This document shows, piece after piece, positions 34,479 to 43,607 of a stretch of DNA of 64,000 nt. The stretch comes from Hyphomicrobium sp. (lineage in GTDB: Bacteria; Pseudomonadota; Alphaproteobacteria; Rhizobiales; Hyphomicrobiaceae). Where the stretch lies: contig PEQZ01000001.1 of assembly GCA_002928395.1 (NCBI GenBank), positions 2,325 through 66,324 of the forward strand, written 5' to 3'. The notes under the pieces were generated by a model. That model ran no database searches. It saw nothing but the letters and a program-made list of their open reading frames with translations, and was not told the DNA's origin. Each line of letters starts with the position of its first letter. The stretch's first letter is position 1. Position numbers and translations under genes: made by a program.

Positions 34479-35375
34479 TCAGCCGGGGCCACCCTTGTTC
34501 CCCAGCACGCGGCCAGCCACTGCGTCGAGCTTGGCCACGAGGTTCGGGTCGCGGGCTTCAGGCGCCGTTATCAGCGCAATCTCCAGCGCCGTGTCGGACC
34601 CGATCGGGCACTTCGGATGCACTTTCGGAAAATCGCGGGCGAGCCGCAGCACGAGCCGCTGCGCCTTCTCGGTGTTGCCCTTCATCACTGCGATGACCGA
34701 GGCGAGATCGACGTGGGCATGCTCCTCGTGCCAGCAATCGTAGTCGGTGACCATGGCGACGACCGCGTAACAAATCTCGGCCTCGCGCGCGAGCTTGGCC
34801 TCCGGCATGTTGGTCATGCCGATCACGTCGCAACCCCAGCTGCGGTAGAGGTTCGATTCCGCCCGCGTCGAGAACTGCGGGCCTTCCATCACGATGTAAG
34901 TTCCGCCGCAGGTCACGGCGAGCTTCTCGGCCTTGGCCGCCTTTTCAACCGCACCGACCAATAATGGCGAGACCGGATCTGCGACCGAAACATGGGCTAT
35001 GAGCCCGTTGCCGAAGAACGATTTCTCGCGCGAGAAGGTACGGTCGATGAACTGGTCGACGAGCACGAAATGGCCCGGCGGATATTCTTCCTTGAGCGAG
35101 CCGCAGGCCGAGATCGAAACGAGATCGGTGACGCCAGCGCGCTTCAACACGTCGATGTTGGCGCGGTAGTTGATGCCAGAAGGCGAGATCTTGTGGCCCC
35201 GCCCATGGCGCGGCAGAAAGCGGATCGGCAGTCCGTCGATCTCGGCGAACAGCACTTGGTCCGACGGTTCGCCCCACGGGCTGGTCACCGTTTCCCAACG
35301 AGACTTCTCGAGCCCCGGCAGATTGTAGAACCCGCTGCCGCCGATGATGCCAAGCACCGATTTTGTCATCGCCAT
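34479..35375 (-). CDS. mtnP: S-methyl-5'-thioadenosine phosphorylase
   Basis: 298 aa. The PNP/MTAP family pattern is present: LGIIGGSGFY...RFLPRHGRGHKISPSGINYRANI...ISACGSL...GMTNMPEAKLAREAEICY. Confidence 0.9.
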   Translation of the reverse strand: MAMTKSVLGIIGGSGFYNLPGLEKSRWETVTSPWGEPSDQVLFAEIDGLPIRFLPRHGRGHKISPSGINYRANIDVLKRAGVTDLVSISACGSLKEEYPPGHFVLVDQFIDRTFSREKSFFGNGLIAHVSVADPVSPLLVGAVEKAAKAEKLAVTCGGTYIVMEGPQFSTRAESNLYRSWGCDVIGMTNMPEAKLAREAEICYAVVAMVTDYDCWHEEHAHVDLASVIAVMKGNTEKAQRLVLRLARDFPKVHPKCPIGSDTALEIALITAPEARDPNLVAKLDAVAGRVLGNKGGPG

Positions 35376-35452
35376 CTATCCCTTTGTGCCCGCAGCGCAA
35401 CGAGCTTTCATGCCTCGTGCGGACGGAATAAGCCCGACGGTGGCCAGATTGG

Positions 35453-36661
35453 CTAGGAGATTTTTCGCTTTTTCAGCGCCACACCACGCAGTTCTCGCAA
35501 CGCCAGCAACAGCTCGCTGGTCACCCAGGTCCGCGACAACACGCTTTCAGTCAACAAATCGCGGCGAAGAACGCGTTCGATCCATGCGAGTGCCCGCGCC
35601 TGCTCCCACCTTGTGCCGCTCGGGAAAGCCTTCACGGTCGCGATCAGGCTCCAGGGCAGCCGCAGGTGCCGCGTGCCATCGATAGCCATCTCGCCCGCCT
35701 TGCGCTGGATGTAGCCGTCGGAACTGTCGGATTCCTCAGCCGTCAGGACCCGGGTATCGAGCGTCTTCATCCACAGCCGGTTGATCTGCGTGAGCTCGTC
35801 TTCCCGGCTGAACTGGTGGAGCACGAACAGAACATGGCCGGCAGCCCCGATCGCCTGGATCTTCGTGTGATAGCTCGGGTAGTCGTACCAGCGCGCCTCG
35901 CCCGCAACGCGCGTCTTCTTCAACCAGCGCACCCCGCGCTGAATGGCCGCCGCGGCCGCCGCGATCGTCTTCTCGTCACCCTGCAGTCCGGCTTTGCCGC
36001 GCGCCACGTACTTCTCGAGGCCGAGCAGCGCCCAGGCCGTGGCATAAGTCGAAGCATGACGGTCGTTCGGCAGCGACGGATAGATCGGCCACCAGCCGTC
36101 CTCCGCCTGATTGGCGAGCAGGAAACCGACCGCCGGCTCGGGCACCGACAGGTTGACTTGCCCGAGGCTGTAAAGCACCCAGCCGCTGACCCCGATGTGT
36201 TCAGGCTTATCGCCCAGCTCGTGCCAGCAGCCGCAGGCCGTATTCATCGTTTTGAGAACGTAGTTCTCGATGACGGGCTTGTTGAGCTCCACGAGGCCCG
36301 CCGTGGCGACCGTCATTTGCGCCACCGTCCAGGGAACGAAGCCGGTCGCTGCCGTCCATTTCGAGTTTTTGAGCTCGTAAGCCATGTGATCGGCGATCTG
36401 CTTGATCATCCGGTCGAGATTGGCCTCGGCGTCGGCCGACAACGGCATCTCACCAGGCGCCGCACTGCCGAGCCGCTGGTACGCCTGTGCCTGCCCGACG
36501 CGATTGGCGAACTCATCAGGATTGCGGATCAGATCCTGCGCGGCAAAGCTGATGGCGCCCGCCACGCCCAGCGTCATCACGCGGCCGATCCAGGACAATT
36601 TCCATAGAAAGCCGAGCACGCTGGTCAGCACGCCGCCGGAACTCGCTTGATCACTGTTCAC
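35453..36661 (-). CDS. Hypothetical membrane-anchored protein with prenyltransferase/terpene-cyclase-like (alpha/alpha-toroid) repeats
   Basis: 402 aa with an N-terminal TM segment (VLTSVLGFLWKLSWIGRVMTLGVAGAISFAA). Repeats carry aromatic/Gly signatures (GVSGWVLYSLG, QAEDGWWPIY, STYATAWALLGL, IQRGVRWL). The fold assignment is by eye only. Confidence 0.6.
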   Translation of the reverse strand: MNSDQASSGGVLTSVLGFLWKLSWIGRVMTLGVAGAISFAAQDLIRNPDEFANRVGQAQAYQRLGSAAPGEMPLSADAEANLDRMIKQIADHMAYELKNSKWTAATGFVPWTVAQMTVATAGLVELNKPVIENYVLKTMNTACGCWHELGDKPEHIGVSGWVLYSLGQVNLSVPEPAVGFLLANQAEDGWWPIYPSLPNDRHASTYATAWALLGLEKYVARGKAGLQGDEKTIAAAAAAIQRGVRWLKKTRVAGEARWYDYPSYHTKIQAIGAAGHVLFVLHQFSREDELTQINRLWMKTLDTRVLTAEESDSSDGYIQRKAGEMAIDGTRHLRLPWSLIATVKAFPSGTRWEQARALAWIERVLRRDLLTESVLSRTWVTSELLLALRELRGVALKKRKIS

Positions 36662-37009
36662 GATGCCGTCCTCAAAACAAATCAGCCAGCAGCGGCAATA
36701 GCATGTGACGGCTGCGGCCGGGCGATGGAACAGCTTGAAAGGGGCGGAGTCAATGTCTGGAGAGCACCAGACGGACGGGCCTGCAAGCCAATGGGCCGTA
36801 TTCTGGCACGCCGCCGCAATCGACCCATCGTTCGATCATCGCCCCCGGGATTTCAGTGGCGAGTGTGGCGCAATTCCAACGCCGCGCGGGACTCGACGTT
36901 GGCGGTCCAAGTTCGGTCTCAATAGCGTGGTGGCACGATCACGGCCGAACCTCGGCGACGGCGAGTGGATGTGATGGTTCGGCAGAGGCACGTTTACTCG
37001 GGGGTTTCG

Positions 37010-37645
37010 ATGCGAAAGTTTAACGACGGGCACGTGGTTTTTACGGGTCTGACGATGTTTTTTGGAGCAGGGCTTGCAATTTCGGCTGGTCTGGCCATCG
37101 CGCCGGCTCAAGCCCTCGAGGATAAGCCCGGAGAGAAGGACGCACTGAGAGCGTGCGAGCAGAAGCTTTGCGAAGTGGTGCTCAAGAAGGAGGCGGCCGG
37201 TGGCGACATCGCCTGCGAGGTCGGCAAGACCTGGGCACAGAACAAACTCAAAGAGGGCAGCGAGAAGCGGAAACTGTCGTGGGCATTCGGCGACGCGCGT
37301 TGCGGCGTAAACTTCACGCTCCCCCGGGAAACCATGCTGTCGGCATTGTCGAAGCCCGCGCATACGCTCGAATTCAAGCCCGAGACCGCCAAGTGCGAGA
37401 TCGAACGCGAGAAGGAAGTGACCACCGTCAGCGTAACACTGCAGCCGAAGATCACCTTCAAGGACGGCAAGGCCGACAAGGTGTGGCTCAACGTCACCAC
37501 GATCGACGCCCCCACGGTCATCAAGGGTGCGATCTGGACGGCGGCGCAGGTCGAGGACACGTTCGGTGTGTTCCATGCCGAACTGATCGGTGAAATCAAC
37601 GAACTCGTTCACGAGAAGTGCGCCAAGAAATACGGTGCGAAGTAA
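37010..37645 (+). CDS. Hypothetical secreted/periplasmic protein
   Basis: 211 aa from the ATG at 37010. The signal peptide is MRKFNDGHVVFTGLTMFFGAGLAISAGLAIAPAQA. It has several conserved-looking Cys (CEQKLCEV, IACEVG, RCGVNF, KCEIE). No family recognised. Confidence 0.6.
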   Translation: MRKFNDGHVVFTGLTMFFGAGLAISAGLAIAPAQALEDKPGEKDALRACEQKLCEVVLKKEAAGGDIACEVGKTWAQNKLKEGSEKRKLSWAFGDARCGVNFTLPRETMLSALSKPAHTLEFKPETAKCEIEREKEVTTVSVTLQPKITFKDGKADKVWLNVTTIDAPTVIKGAIWTAAQVEDTFGVFHAELIGEINELVHEKCAKKYGAK

Positions 37646-37706
37646 GCCAGGCCGCGGCGCGCGAAGTTTCGCGCGCCGCTTTGAATTGGCGTCGGATCGC
37701 CCTGGA

Positions 37707-39158
37707 TCACCTCGGCAACGGCACGCCCACGGTTTCGAACAGGGACTTCTGGCGCTTGGCCACGCTGTCGATCTGGAAGCCTTCGATCGTCTCGTTGAAC
37801 AGCTTGTACCAGTTGAGCTTGGCGTCGAGGTGAAGGAACACGCCGCCGAGCCCGATTGCCGCCCGGTCCATGAACACGAACTCGCGCGGAATGGTAACCG
37901 GCCCCTTCTCTTTCAGGATCTTGTGCACCGAGAACGCTTCGTGGCGACCATACTCGCCGGGCGCGACCGCGTCCGCCACCGTGCGCTCGCGGTCGTCGAG
38001 CAGAGGGCCATAGATGAACTTGGCCCATATCGTCATGGCGTCGATCAGTTCGTTGGTCAGCCCCTTGAAGCCCCAATTCGTGTAGGCGTGGACCACAAGT
38101 TCGCGATTGCCGGTCAACAGGCCGGTGTACAGGTCGATTACGCCCTGAATGAACGGCACCGGGAACGTTCGGATGCATCCGTAGTCGAGCAGGTTGATGC
38201 CCGCCGCATGGCCGTCGCGCTCGAAAATCGTGTAGTTGCCGAGGTGCGGGTCACCATGGATGACACCGAAGTGGCTGAACGGATACCACCAGGCGCGGAA
38301 CATGGCGCGCGCGATCTCGTTGCGGTCTTCAAGCGAAGCGGTCTTGTAGTCGAGCAGTTTGCGGCCTTCGAGCCAAGAGAGCGTCAGCAGCCGCTTGGTC
38401 GACAGCGCGGCGATGATGTCCGGCACGCAGATACGACTGTCGTCCTTGAAGATCGACCCATAAAGCCGCGTGTGACGCGCTTCGAGGTCGTAGTCGAGTT
38501 CTTCCCTGAGACGGTCGGCGATCTCCTTCAGCATTTCCGTGGTGTCGACGCCGGGTGACATCCGCGCATGGATGCCGAACACGATCTTCAACTGGTTGAC
38601 GTCGGCCTCGACCGCCGACTGCATGTCGGGATACTGGAGTTTGCAGGCGAGTTTCCGCCCGTCGTGGCCGGTCGCTCGGTGGACTTGGCCGAGTGACGCG
38701 GACGCGGCAGCAGCCGGTTCGAAATCACGGAACCGTTCCATCCATCCGGGGCCGAGTTCGGCCATCATCCGCCGCTTGACGAAGGCTGGTCCCATGGCCG
38801 GCGCCTGGCTCTGCAACTGAGCCAGCTCGCGGGCGTACTCCTTCGGCAGCGCCTCCGGGATCGTCGACAGCAGTTGCGCGACCTTCATCATCGGGCCCTT
38901 GAGACCACCGAGTGCGGCGGCGAGGTCAGCCGCGTTTTTCGACTGGTCACCCGCAATGCCGAACAGCCGCTGGCCCGCGACCTTGGCCGCCACCGAGCCT
39001 ACGTTCGTGCCGACCCGCATGTAACGGTTGGCGCGAGCCGAGAAGCGGTTTTCCTCGTTCTGTGACACGGGTGCGATGTCCTCGATTGATGGTGGTGTCC
39101 GCGGCCGGAGCCGCCGGGCACGCGCGGGAGCAGTATCTGTGAGATCACTACGCAGCAC
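37707..39158 (-). CDS. ABC1/UbiB-family atypical protein kinase
   Basis: 483 aa. The ABC1 signature is LKGPMMKVAQLLSTIPEALPKEYARELAQLQSQAPAM...AASASLGQVH...KLQYPDM...HGDPHLGN. Confidence 0.85.
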   Translation of the reverse strand: MLRSDLTDTAPARARRLRPRTPPSIEDIAPVSQNEENRFSARANRYMRVGTNVGSVAAKVAGQRLFGIAGDQSKNAADLAAALGGLKGPMMKVAQLLSTIPEALPKEYARELAQLQSQAPAMGPAFVKRRMMAELGPGWMERFRDFEPAAAASASLGQVHRATGHDGRKLACKLQYPDMQSAVEADVNQLKIVFGIHARMSPGVDTTEMLKEIADRLREELDYDLEARHTRLYGSIFKDDSRICVPDIIAALSTKRLLTLSWLEGRKLLDYKTASLEDRNEIARAMFRAWWYPFSHFGVIHGDPHLGNYTIFERDGHAAGINLLDYGCIRTFPVPFIQGVIDLYTGLLTGNRELVVHAYTNWGFKGLTNELIDAMTIWAKFIYGPLLDDRERTVADAVAPGEYGRHEAFSVHKILKEKGPVTIPREFVFMDRAAIGLGGVFLHLDAKLNWYKLFNETIEGFQIDSVAKRQKSLFETVGVPLPR

Positions 39159-39247
39159 GAATGTCGCGGATCATTGACGCCGGACGGGCGCCGGGCGTGA
39201 AAATCGCTAAACTGCCTTACATCAAAAAGTGCGGGACGAAATCCAAA

Positions 39248-40537
39248 ATGAGACAAGGTTCCGCACCGGTGCCCGGCGGGGATGGCGCCAAGAAGGGAGA
39301 TGGCAACACGCCCAATCCCATGATGCGCGCCGTCTGTGCGCTCGGCATCGCCGAGATCATCGCCTGGGGCACCACATTCTACGCCCTCGGCGTGCTCGGA
39401 CGTCCGATCGCCGCTGAAACGGGGTGGAGCCAGAGCCTCGTGTTCGGCGGCATGACGGTGGCGCTGCTCACATCGAGCGTCGTTTCGACGTGGATCGGCC
39501 GGTTGATCGACCGCTATGGCGCGCGGCCGGTGATGGCGCTCGGACTGTTACTTTGCGCGCTCGGTCTGTCGCTGGTCGCCGTCGCACGGCACGAGTGGGT
39601 TTATCTGGCGAGTTGGGTGGTGCTGGGTCCGGCCATGCGGATGAGTCTCTACGATGCCGCCTTCGCAGCTCTGGTGCAGGTCGCGCCCACGCGGGGACGC
39701 CGCGCAATCTCCTACCTCACGCTGTTCGGCGGTCTCGCGTCCACGGTGTTCTGGCCGATCGGACATTGGCTCGATGGCGCGATCGGCTGGCGCGAAACTT
39801 TGCTGGTGTTCGCTGGCCTCAACCTTTTCGTCGCCGCACCGCTGACGTGGTGGGGCCTCGCGGCGCGGGAGCCGGAGGCAGCCGATGCCCCTCCTGCCGG
39901 AAGCATCCCGCCCGCGACGAACTCGGATCACGACCAGCCGCCATTGGCAGGGTCGGCGCGGCTCGTTGCCGTCGTGCTGTTCGGTTCGGTTCTGGCGTCG
40001 AATTCGTTCGTGTTCGGTGCGCTGTCGGCGCATCTGGTGTCGGTCTTGCAGGCGTCGGGATTGGCGTTGGGTGCGGCCGTGGCGCTCGCGTCACTCAAGG
40101 GTGTTGCTCAGGTCGGGGGCCGCGTTTGGGAGCTGTTTTTCGCGCAAGCAATAAGCCCCGTCGGCCTTGGCCGGTTCGCTATAGCGCTGCTGCCGCTCTC
40201 ATTTGCAGTGCTGATGTTTCTCGGCAGCAGCTATGAGACCGCACTGGCGTTCACACTTCTGCTCGGGGTCTCGAACGGCCTCGTCACTATCGTGCGCGGC
40301 GCCGTTCCGCTCGCGCTGTTCGGTCGCGACGGCTACGGGACCATGATCGGTATTCTGGCGACGCCGCAGCTCTTCATGAACGCGGTGTCGCCGTTCGTGT
40401 TCGCGGCGATCGTCGACACGTTCGGCTCTCGCGCCGGCCTCTGGGTGCTGATGGGCGCATCGCTGTTCTCGATCATTGCCATGGAAGCCACCGCGCGTTG
40501 GGTCGCCCATGTGCGCGGCACGCCACTCGGGACCTGA
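39248..40537 (+). CDS. MFS transporter
   Basis: About 12 hydrophobic segments with the MFS loop WIGRLIDRYGARP. I chose the ATG at 39248 because the track start at 39161 abuts the divergent kinase gene. The ATG at 39320 is also possible. Confidence 0.8.
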   Translation: MRQGSAPVPGGDGAKKGDGNTPNPMMRAVCALGIAEIIAWGTTFYALGVLGRPIAAETGWSQSLVFGGMTVALLTSSVVSTWIGRLIDRYGARPVMALGLLLCALGLSLVAVARHEWVYLASWVVLGPAMRMSLYDAAFAALVQVAPTRGRRAISYLTLFGGLASTVFWPIGHWLDGAIGWRETLLVFAGLNLFVAAPLTWWGLAAREPEAADAPPAGSIPPATNSDHDQPPLAGSARLVAVVLFGSVLASNSFVFGALSAHLVSVLQASGLALGAAVALASLKGVAQVGGRVWELFFAQAISPVGLGRFAIALLPLSFAVLMFLGSSYETALAFTLLLGVSNGLVTIVRGAVPLALFGRDGYGTMIGILATPQLFMNAVSPFVFAAIVDTFGSRAGLWVLMGASLFSIIAMEATARWVAHVRGTPLGT

Positions 40538-40550
40538 CCAGACGTCCCCG

Positions 40551-42464
40551 TCAAATCGAGACCTGTGTTCCAACCTCGACCACGCGGTCGGTCGGGATCT
40601 TGAAGTATGTCGTCGCATCCTGCGCGGAACGCGCGAGCCCCATGAACAACTGGCGCTCGAAGTGATACAGCTCAGAATTCAGCGTCGGCCTGATCGAACG
40701 CCGCGACAGAAAGAACGACGTACCCCCCATATCGATGTTGAGATCCTTGCGTTTGCAGTGTTCGAAGATTTTCGGAATGCTCGGTGTTTCCATGAACCCG
40801 TAGCGCGCGATGACCCGAATGAACGTGTCGGACGGCCGATCGATGACGATCCGCTCGTGCCTCGGGACCCGCGGCGTATCTTCGGTGCGAATGGAAAGAA
40901 TGATGTTGCGCTCGTGAATGACGCGGTTGTGTTTCAGGTTGTGCATCAGGGCGACGGGCGCAGCATCGGGATCGCCGGTCAAGAATATGGCGGTGCCAGG
41001 AACGCGGGTCGGCGGCTTGGCCTCGAGCTTGCGCAGCAGCCAAGGTAAGTCAGCTTCCATGGTCCGGCTGTTCTTGGAGAGCTGCTTGGTGCCGCGCACC
41101 CAGGTGAACATGATCGTCGCAAGGAACATGGCCAGCATCAGCGGCACCCAGCCGCCCTCCAGCACCTTGAGCATGTTGGCGATGAAGAAGATCTGTTCGA
41201 TGAGCAGCAGAGGGAGCATGATCGCGGCGGCCTTCCACAAGCTCCAACCCCAGACTTTCCAGACCACGAAGAATGCGATCACAGATGTGATGATCATATC
41301 TGCGGTGACGGCCACACCGTAGGCGGAAGCGAGATTGCTGGAGGTCTTGAACACCAGCACCAGGATCAGCACGCCGATCAGAAGAAGCCAATTGATGCCG
41401 GGCATGTAGATCTGTCCGCTCATGCTCTCCGAGGTGTGCGTGATCGCAAGTCGCGGCAGTAGTCCCAGCTGGATTGCCTGCCGGGTCAACGAGAACGCGC
41501 CGGTGATCACGGCCTGGCTGGCGATCACCGTCGCCATGGTCGCGAGCAAAACCATCGGGATCAGCGCCCATTCTGGATAAAGCCCGAAAAACGGGTTCTC
41601 GATGGCGGTGGGCTCGGCCAGAACCAGCGCACCCTGTCCGAGGTAATTGAACGCCAGCGCCGGGAACACCAACCCGAACCATGCAGCCTGGATCGGCTTG
41701 CGGCCGAAGTGGCCCAGATCGGCGTAAAGCGCTTCGGCACCGGTCACGGCCAGGAAGACGAGGCCCAGCACGGTCAGTCCGATCAGCCCGTTGCTGGCCG
41801 CAAACGCAATCCCGTAAACAGGATTGAACGCGGCGAGCACGCTGGGCTCTTTGATCATTTGGGCTAGGCCGCCCAATCCCATGGCCAAAAACCACACGAC
41901 GGTTATGGGCCCGAACAGTCGGGCGACCTTCTCGGTGCCGCGAGACTGCATCCAGAACAGCCCGAGGATAATGACGATGGAAATCGGGAGGACGGCCTTG
42001 GCGAAGCCAGGGTGAACGAGCTTCAAGCCCTCGACCGCCGAGATCACCGAAATCGCCGGTGTGATTACGGCATCGCCGTAGAAGAAGGCTGCTCCTGAAA
42101 CGGCGAGCGTCATGAGCAGCGGCGCACTCTGTGGCGCGGCCTTCTGCGCCAGTGCCATCAGTGCGAAAGTACCTCCCTCGCCCTTGTTGTCGGCGCGCAG
42201 CAGAATCCATACGTACTTGAGCGTGACGATCAGAACGAGCACCCAGAGGATCAGCGAAAGCACGCCGAGCACGATATCGCGATTGGAAATGCCGTGGTTG
42301 TGCGCGGCGGCGACCGCTTCGCGGAAAGCGTAGAGTGGACTGGTGCCGATGTCGCCATAGACGACCCCGACGGAGCCAAGTGTCAGTGCCCAAAAACTGT
42401 TGGAGTGGGTTTCGTCGGGTGCCGAGGCGTCGTTTCGGCGACCGGCAATCTCGGTGCGTGCCAT
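40551..42464 (-). CDS. kup: KUP/HAK/KT potassium transporter
   Basis: 637 aa. The N-terminal signature is LTLGSVGVVYGDIGTSPLYAFREA, followed by 12 TM segments and a cytoplasmic C-terminal domain. Confidence 0.9.
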   Translation of the reverse strand: MARTEIAGRRNDASAPDETHSNSFWALTLGSVGVVYGDIGTSPLYAFREAVAAAHNHGISNRDIVLGVLSLILWVLVLIVTLKYVWILLRADNKGEGGTFALMALAQKAAPQSAPLLMTLAVSGAAFFYGDAVITPAISVISAVEGLKLVHPGFAKAVLPISIVIILGLFWMQSRGTEKVARLFGPITVVWFLAMGLGGLAQMIKEPSVLAAFNPVYGIAFAASNGLIGLTVLGLVFLAVTGAEALYADLGHFGRKPIQAAWFGLVFPALAFNYLGQGALVLAEPTAIENPFFGLYPEWALIPMVLLATMATVIASQAVITGAFSLTRQAIQLGLLPRLAITHTSESMSGQIYMPGINWLLLIGVLILVLVFKTSSNLASAYGVAVTADMIITSVIAFFVVWKVWGWSLWKAAAIMLPLLLIEQIFFIANMLKVLEGGWVPLMLAMFLATIMFTWVRGTKQLSKNSRTMEADLPWLLRKLEAKPPTRVPGTAIFLTGDPDAAPVALMHNLKHNRVIHERNIILSIRTEDTPRVPRHERIVIDRPSDTFIRVIARYGFMETPSIPKIFEHCKRKDLNIDMGGTSFFLSRRSIRPTLNSELYHFERQLFMGLARSAQDATTYFKIPTDRVVEVGTQVSI

Positions 42465-42537
42465 TACGGCATCTCGCTATGACGCTGCAGAGCAGCAAGC
42501 TGCGTCGGCTTCTACGCCCGCTCGACTTCACAAAGAA

Positions 42538-42551
42538 GTCGAAATTTCGAC
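42538..42551. promoter_or_regulatory. Perfect 14-bp palindrome GTCGAAATTTCGAC upstream of kup
   Basis: Seen about 75-90 nt upstream of the kup start, immediately after a second small inverted repeat (GACTTC-acaaa-GAAGTC). The binding factor is unknown. Confidence 0.25.
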
Positions 42552-42891
42552 ACGGACGGGGATTTCAGGCCTTGACAACTGAGCATCCACCCAAACGGCA
42601 AAAGTGGATCGCGATGCGGGCGCGGGGCCCCATACTCGCGTCACTCACGCATTGCCACAGTTAACTGCTGGTACGTGGTCCTTGTTCCAGTTCGTAGAGG
42701 CAGTAGTGCTGCTTTGCAACAAGTCCGGCCGTGAGCATGTGGCCGGTCAAGGTTTTCGTTCCAACGCGATCATTCTGCTGAAATACTACGACGGTGAGGC
42801 TTTGGGCGGCGCAAGCCGCCGAATGACCGTGATGATTTACCCTCTCAATGGCCGCTGACGGCGTAACCCTATGTAAATGGAGAATTTTCAG

Positions 42892-43425
42892 ATGTCAGGC
42901 GTTCGGCACACGAAGGTCCATGGCCGCAATCTGATGGCGGCTGTTGCCGCACTCGCGCTTCCCGCCATTCTCGTCAGCGGCGTGGCTTTGGCACAGTCGA
43001 AGGGCAAAAAAGACGAGATCACCATCACCATTACGCGCGTCAAAGCGCTCGACCGGATCGACGTGGGCGGCGGCAATCCTGACTTATTTGCCCGTGCAAC
43101 CATTGCCGGCGAGACCATCAAGTCGCCGGTGGTCAAGCAACAGACCGAGTCGAAACCGGATTGGAAGCTGACCAAGGTCGTGCCACGCGGCAAAACCGAC
43201 ATCAAACTCGAGCTTTTGGACAAGGATGTCCTCAATCCGGATGACCTGATCGACATCAACCGGGTCGACAAGAAACGACTGCTCGAGTTCACGGTCGACA
43301 CGAGCAGTTGCCGGGTCGCTGGCTTCTCGAATGGTTATCGCTGCGGTTCGAAGATCTCGCGCGCGGGTCTCGAGAAAAAGAAGGCTGAAATTGACTTTGT
43401 TGTGAGCGTAAAGAAAGACAAATAG
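42892..43425 (+). CDS. Hypothetical secreted protein with a C2-like (Ca/lipid-binding beta-sandwich) sequence pattern
   Basis: 177 aa from the ATG at 42892 (GGAGAA 8 nt upstream). The signal peptide is ...LMAAVAALALPAILVSGVALA|QS. The body, ITITRVKALDRIDVGGGNPDLFARATIAGETIKSPVVKQQTESKPDWKLTKVV...IKLELLDKDVLNPDDLIDI, mirrors the C2 layout as I remember it. The surrounding DNA has lower GC. Confidence 0.55.
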   Translation: MSGVRHTKVHGRNLMAAVAALALPAILVSGVALAQSKGKKDEITITITRVKALDRIDVGGGNPDLFARATIAGETIKSPVVKQQTESKPDWKLTKVVPRGKTDIKLELLDKDVLNPDDLIDINRVDKKRLLEFTVDTSSCRVAGFSNGYRCGSKISRAGLEKKKAEIDFVVSVKKDK

Positions 43426-43460
43426 CTCAGCACTTTCAAATATCTGCCCAGCAAAGTTCG

Positions 43461-43502
43461 AAGCGCGCAACGGGCAACCTCCCCGGTGCGCGCTTTATTT
43501 TT
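43461..43502 (+). terminator. Rho-independent terminator after the C2-like gene
   Basis: AAGCGCGCA-aCGGG-caacctc-CCCGg-TGCGCGCTT followed by TATTTTT, 36 nt after the stop codon. Confidence 0.7.
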
Positions 43503-43607
43503 GACGGCGACAAGACCACGACCCTTGGACCTTGACCGCGCAACGACTATATTGAGCGTCAAGGGTGCGTCCGCGCGCTCTCGCGACAAACACCAGGGGT
43601 CCATGCG

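Noticed and set aside
41050-42531. 493-aa minus-strand ORF in an alternative frame of kup; also 45331-46260 and 46739-48079 over the TRAP genes
   Set aside because: These are alternative or antisense frames of polytopic transporter genes. Their Arg-rich composition lacks hydrophobic segments or motifs.
42604-42858. 84-aa plus-strand ORF upstream of the C2-like gene
   Set aside because: It has poor codon bias, no RBS and no recognisable motif. It lies in an AT-richer region that is more likely regulatory or non-coding.
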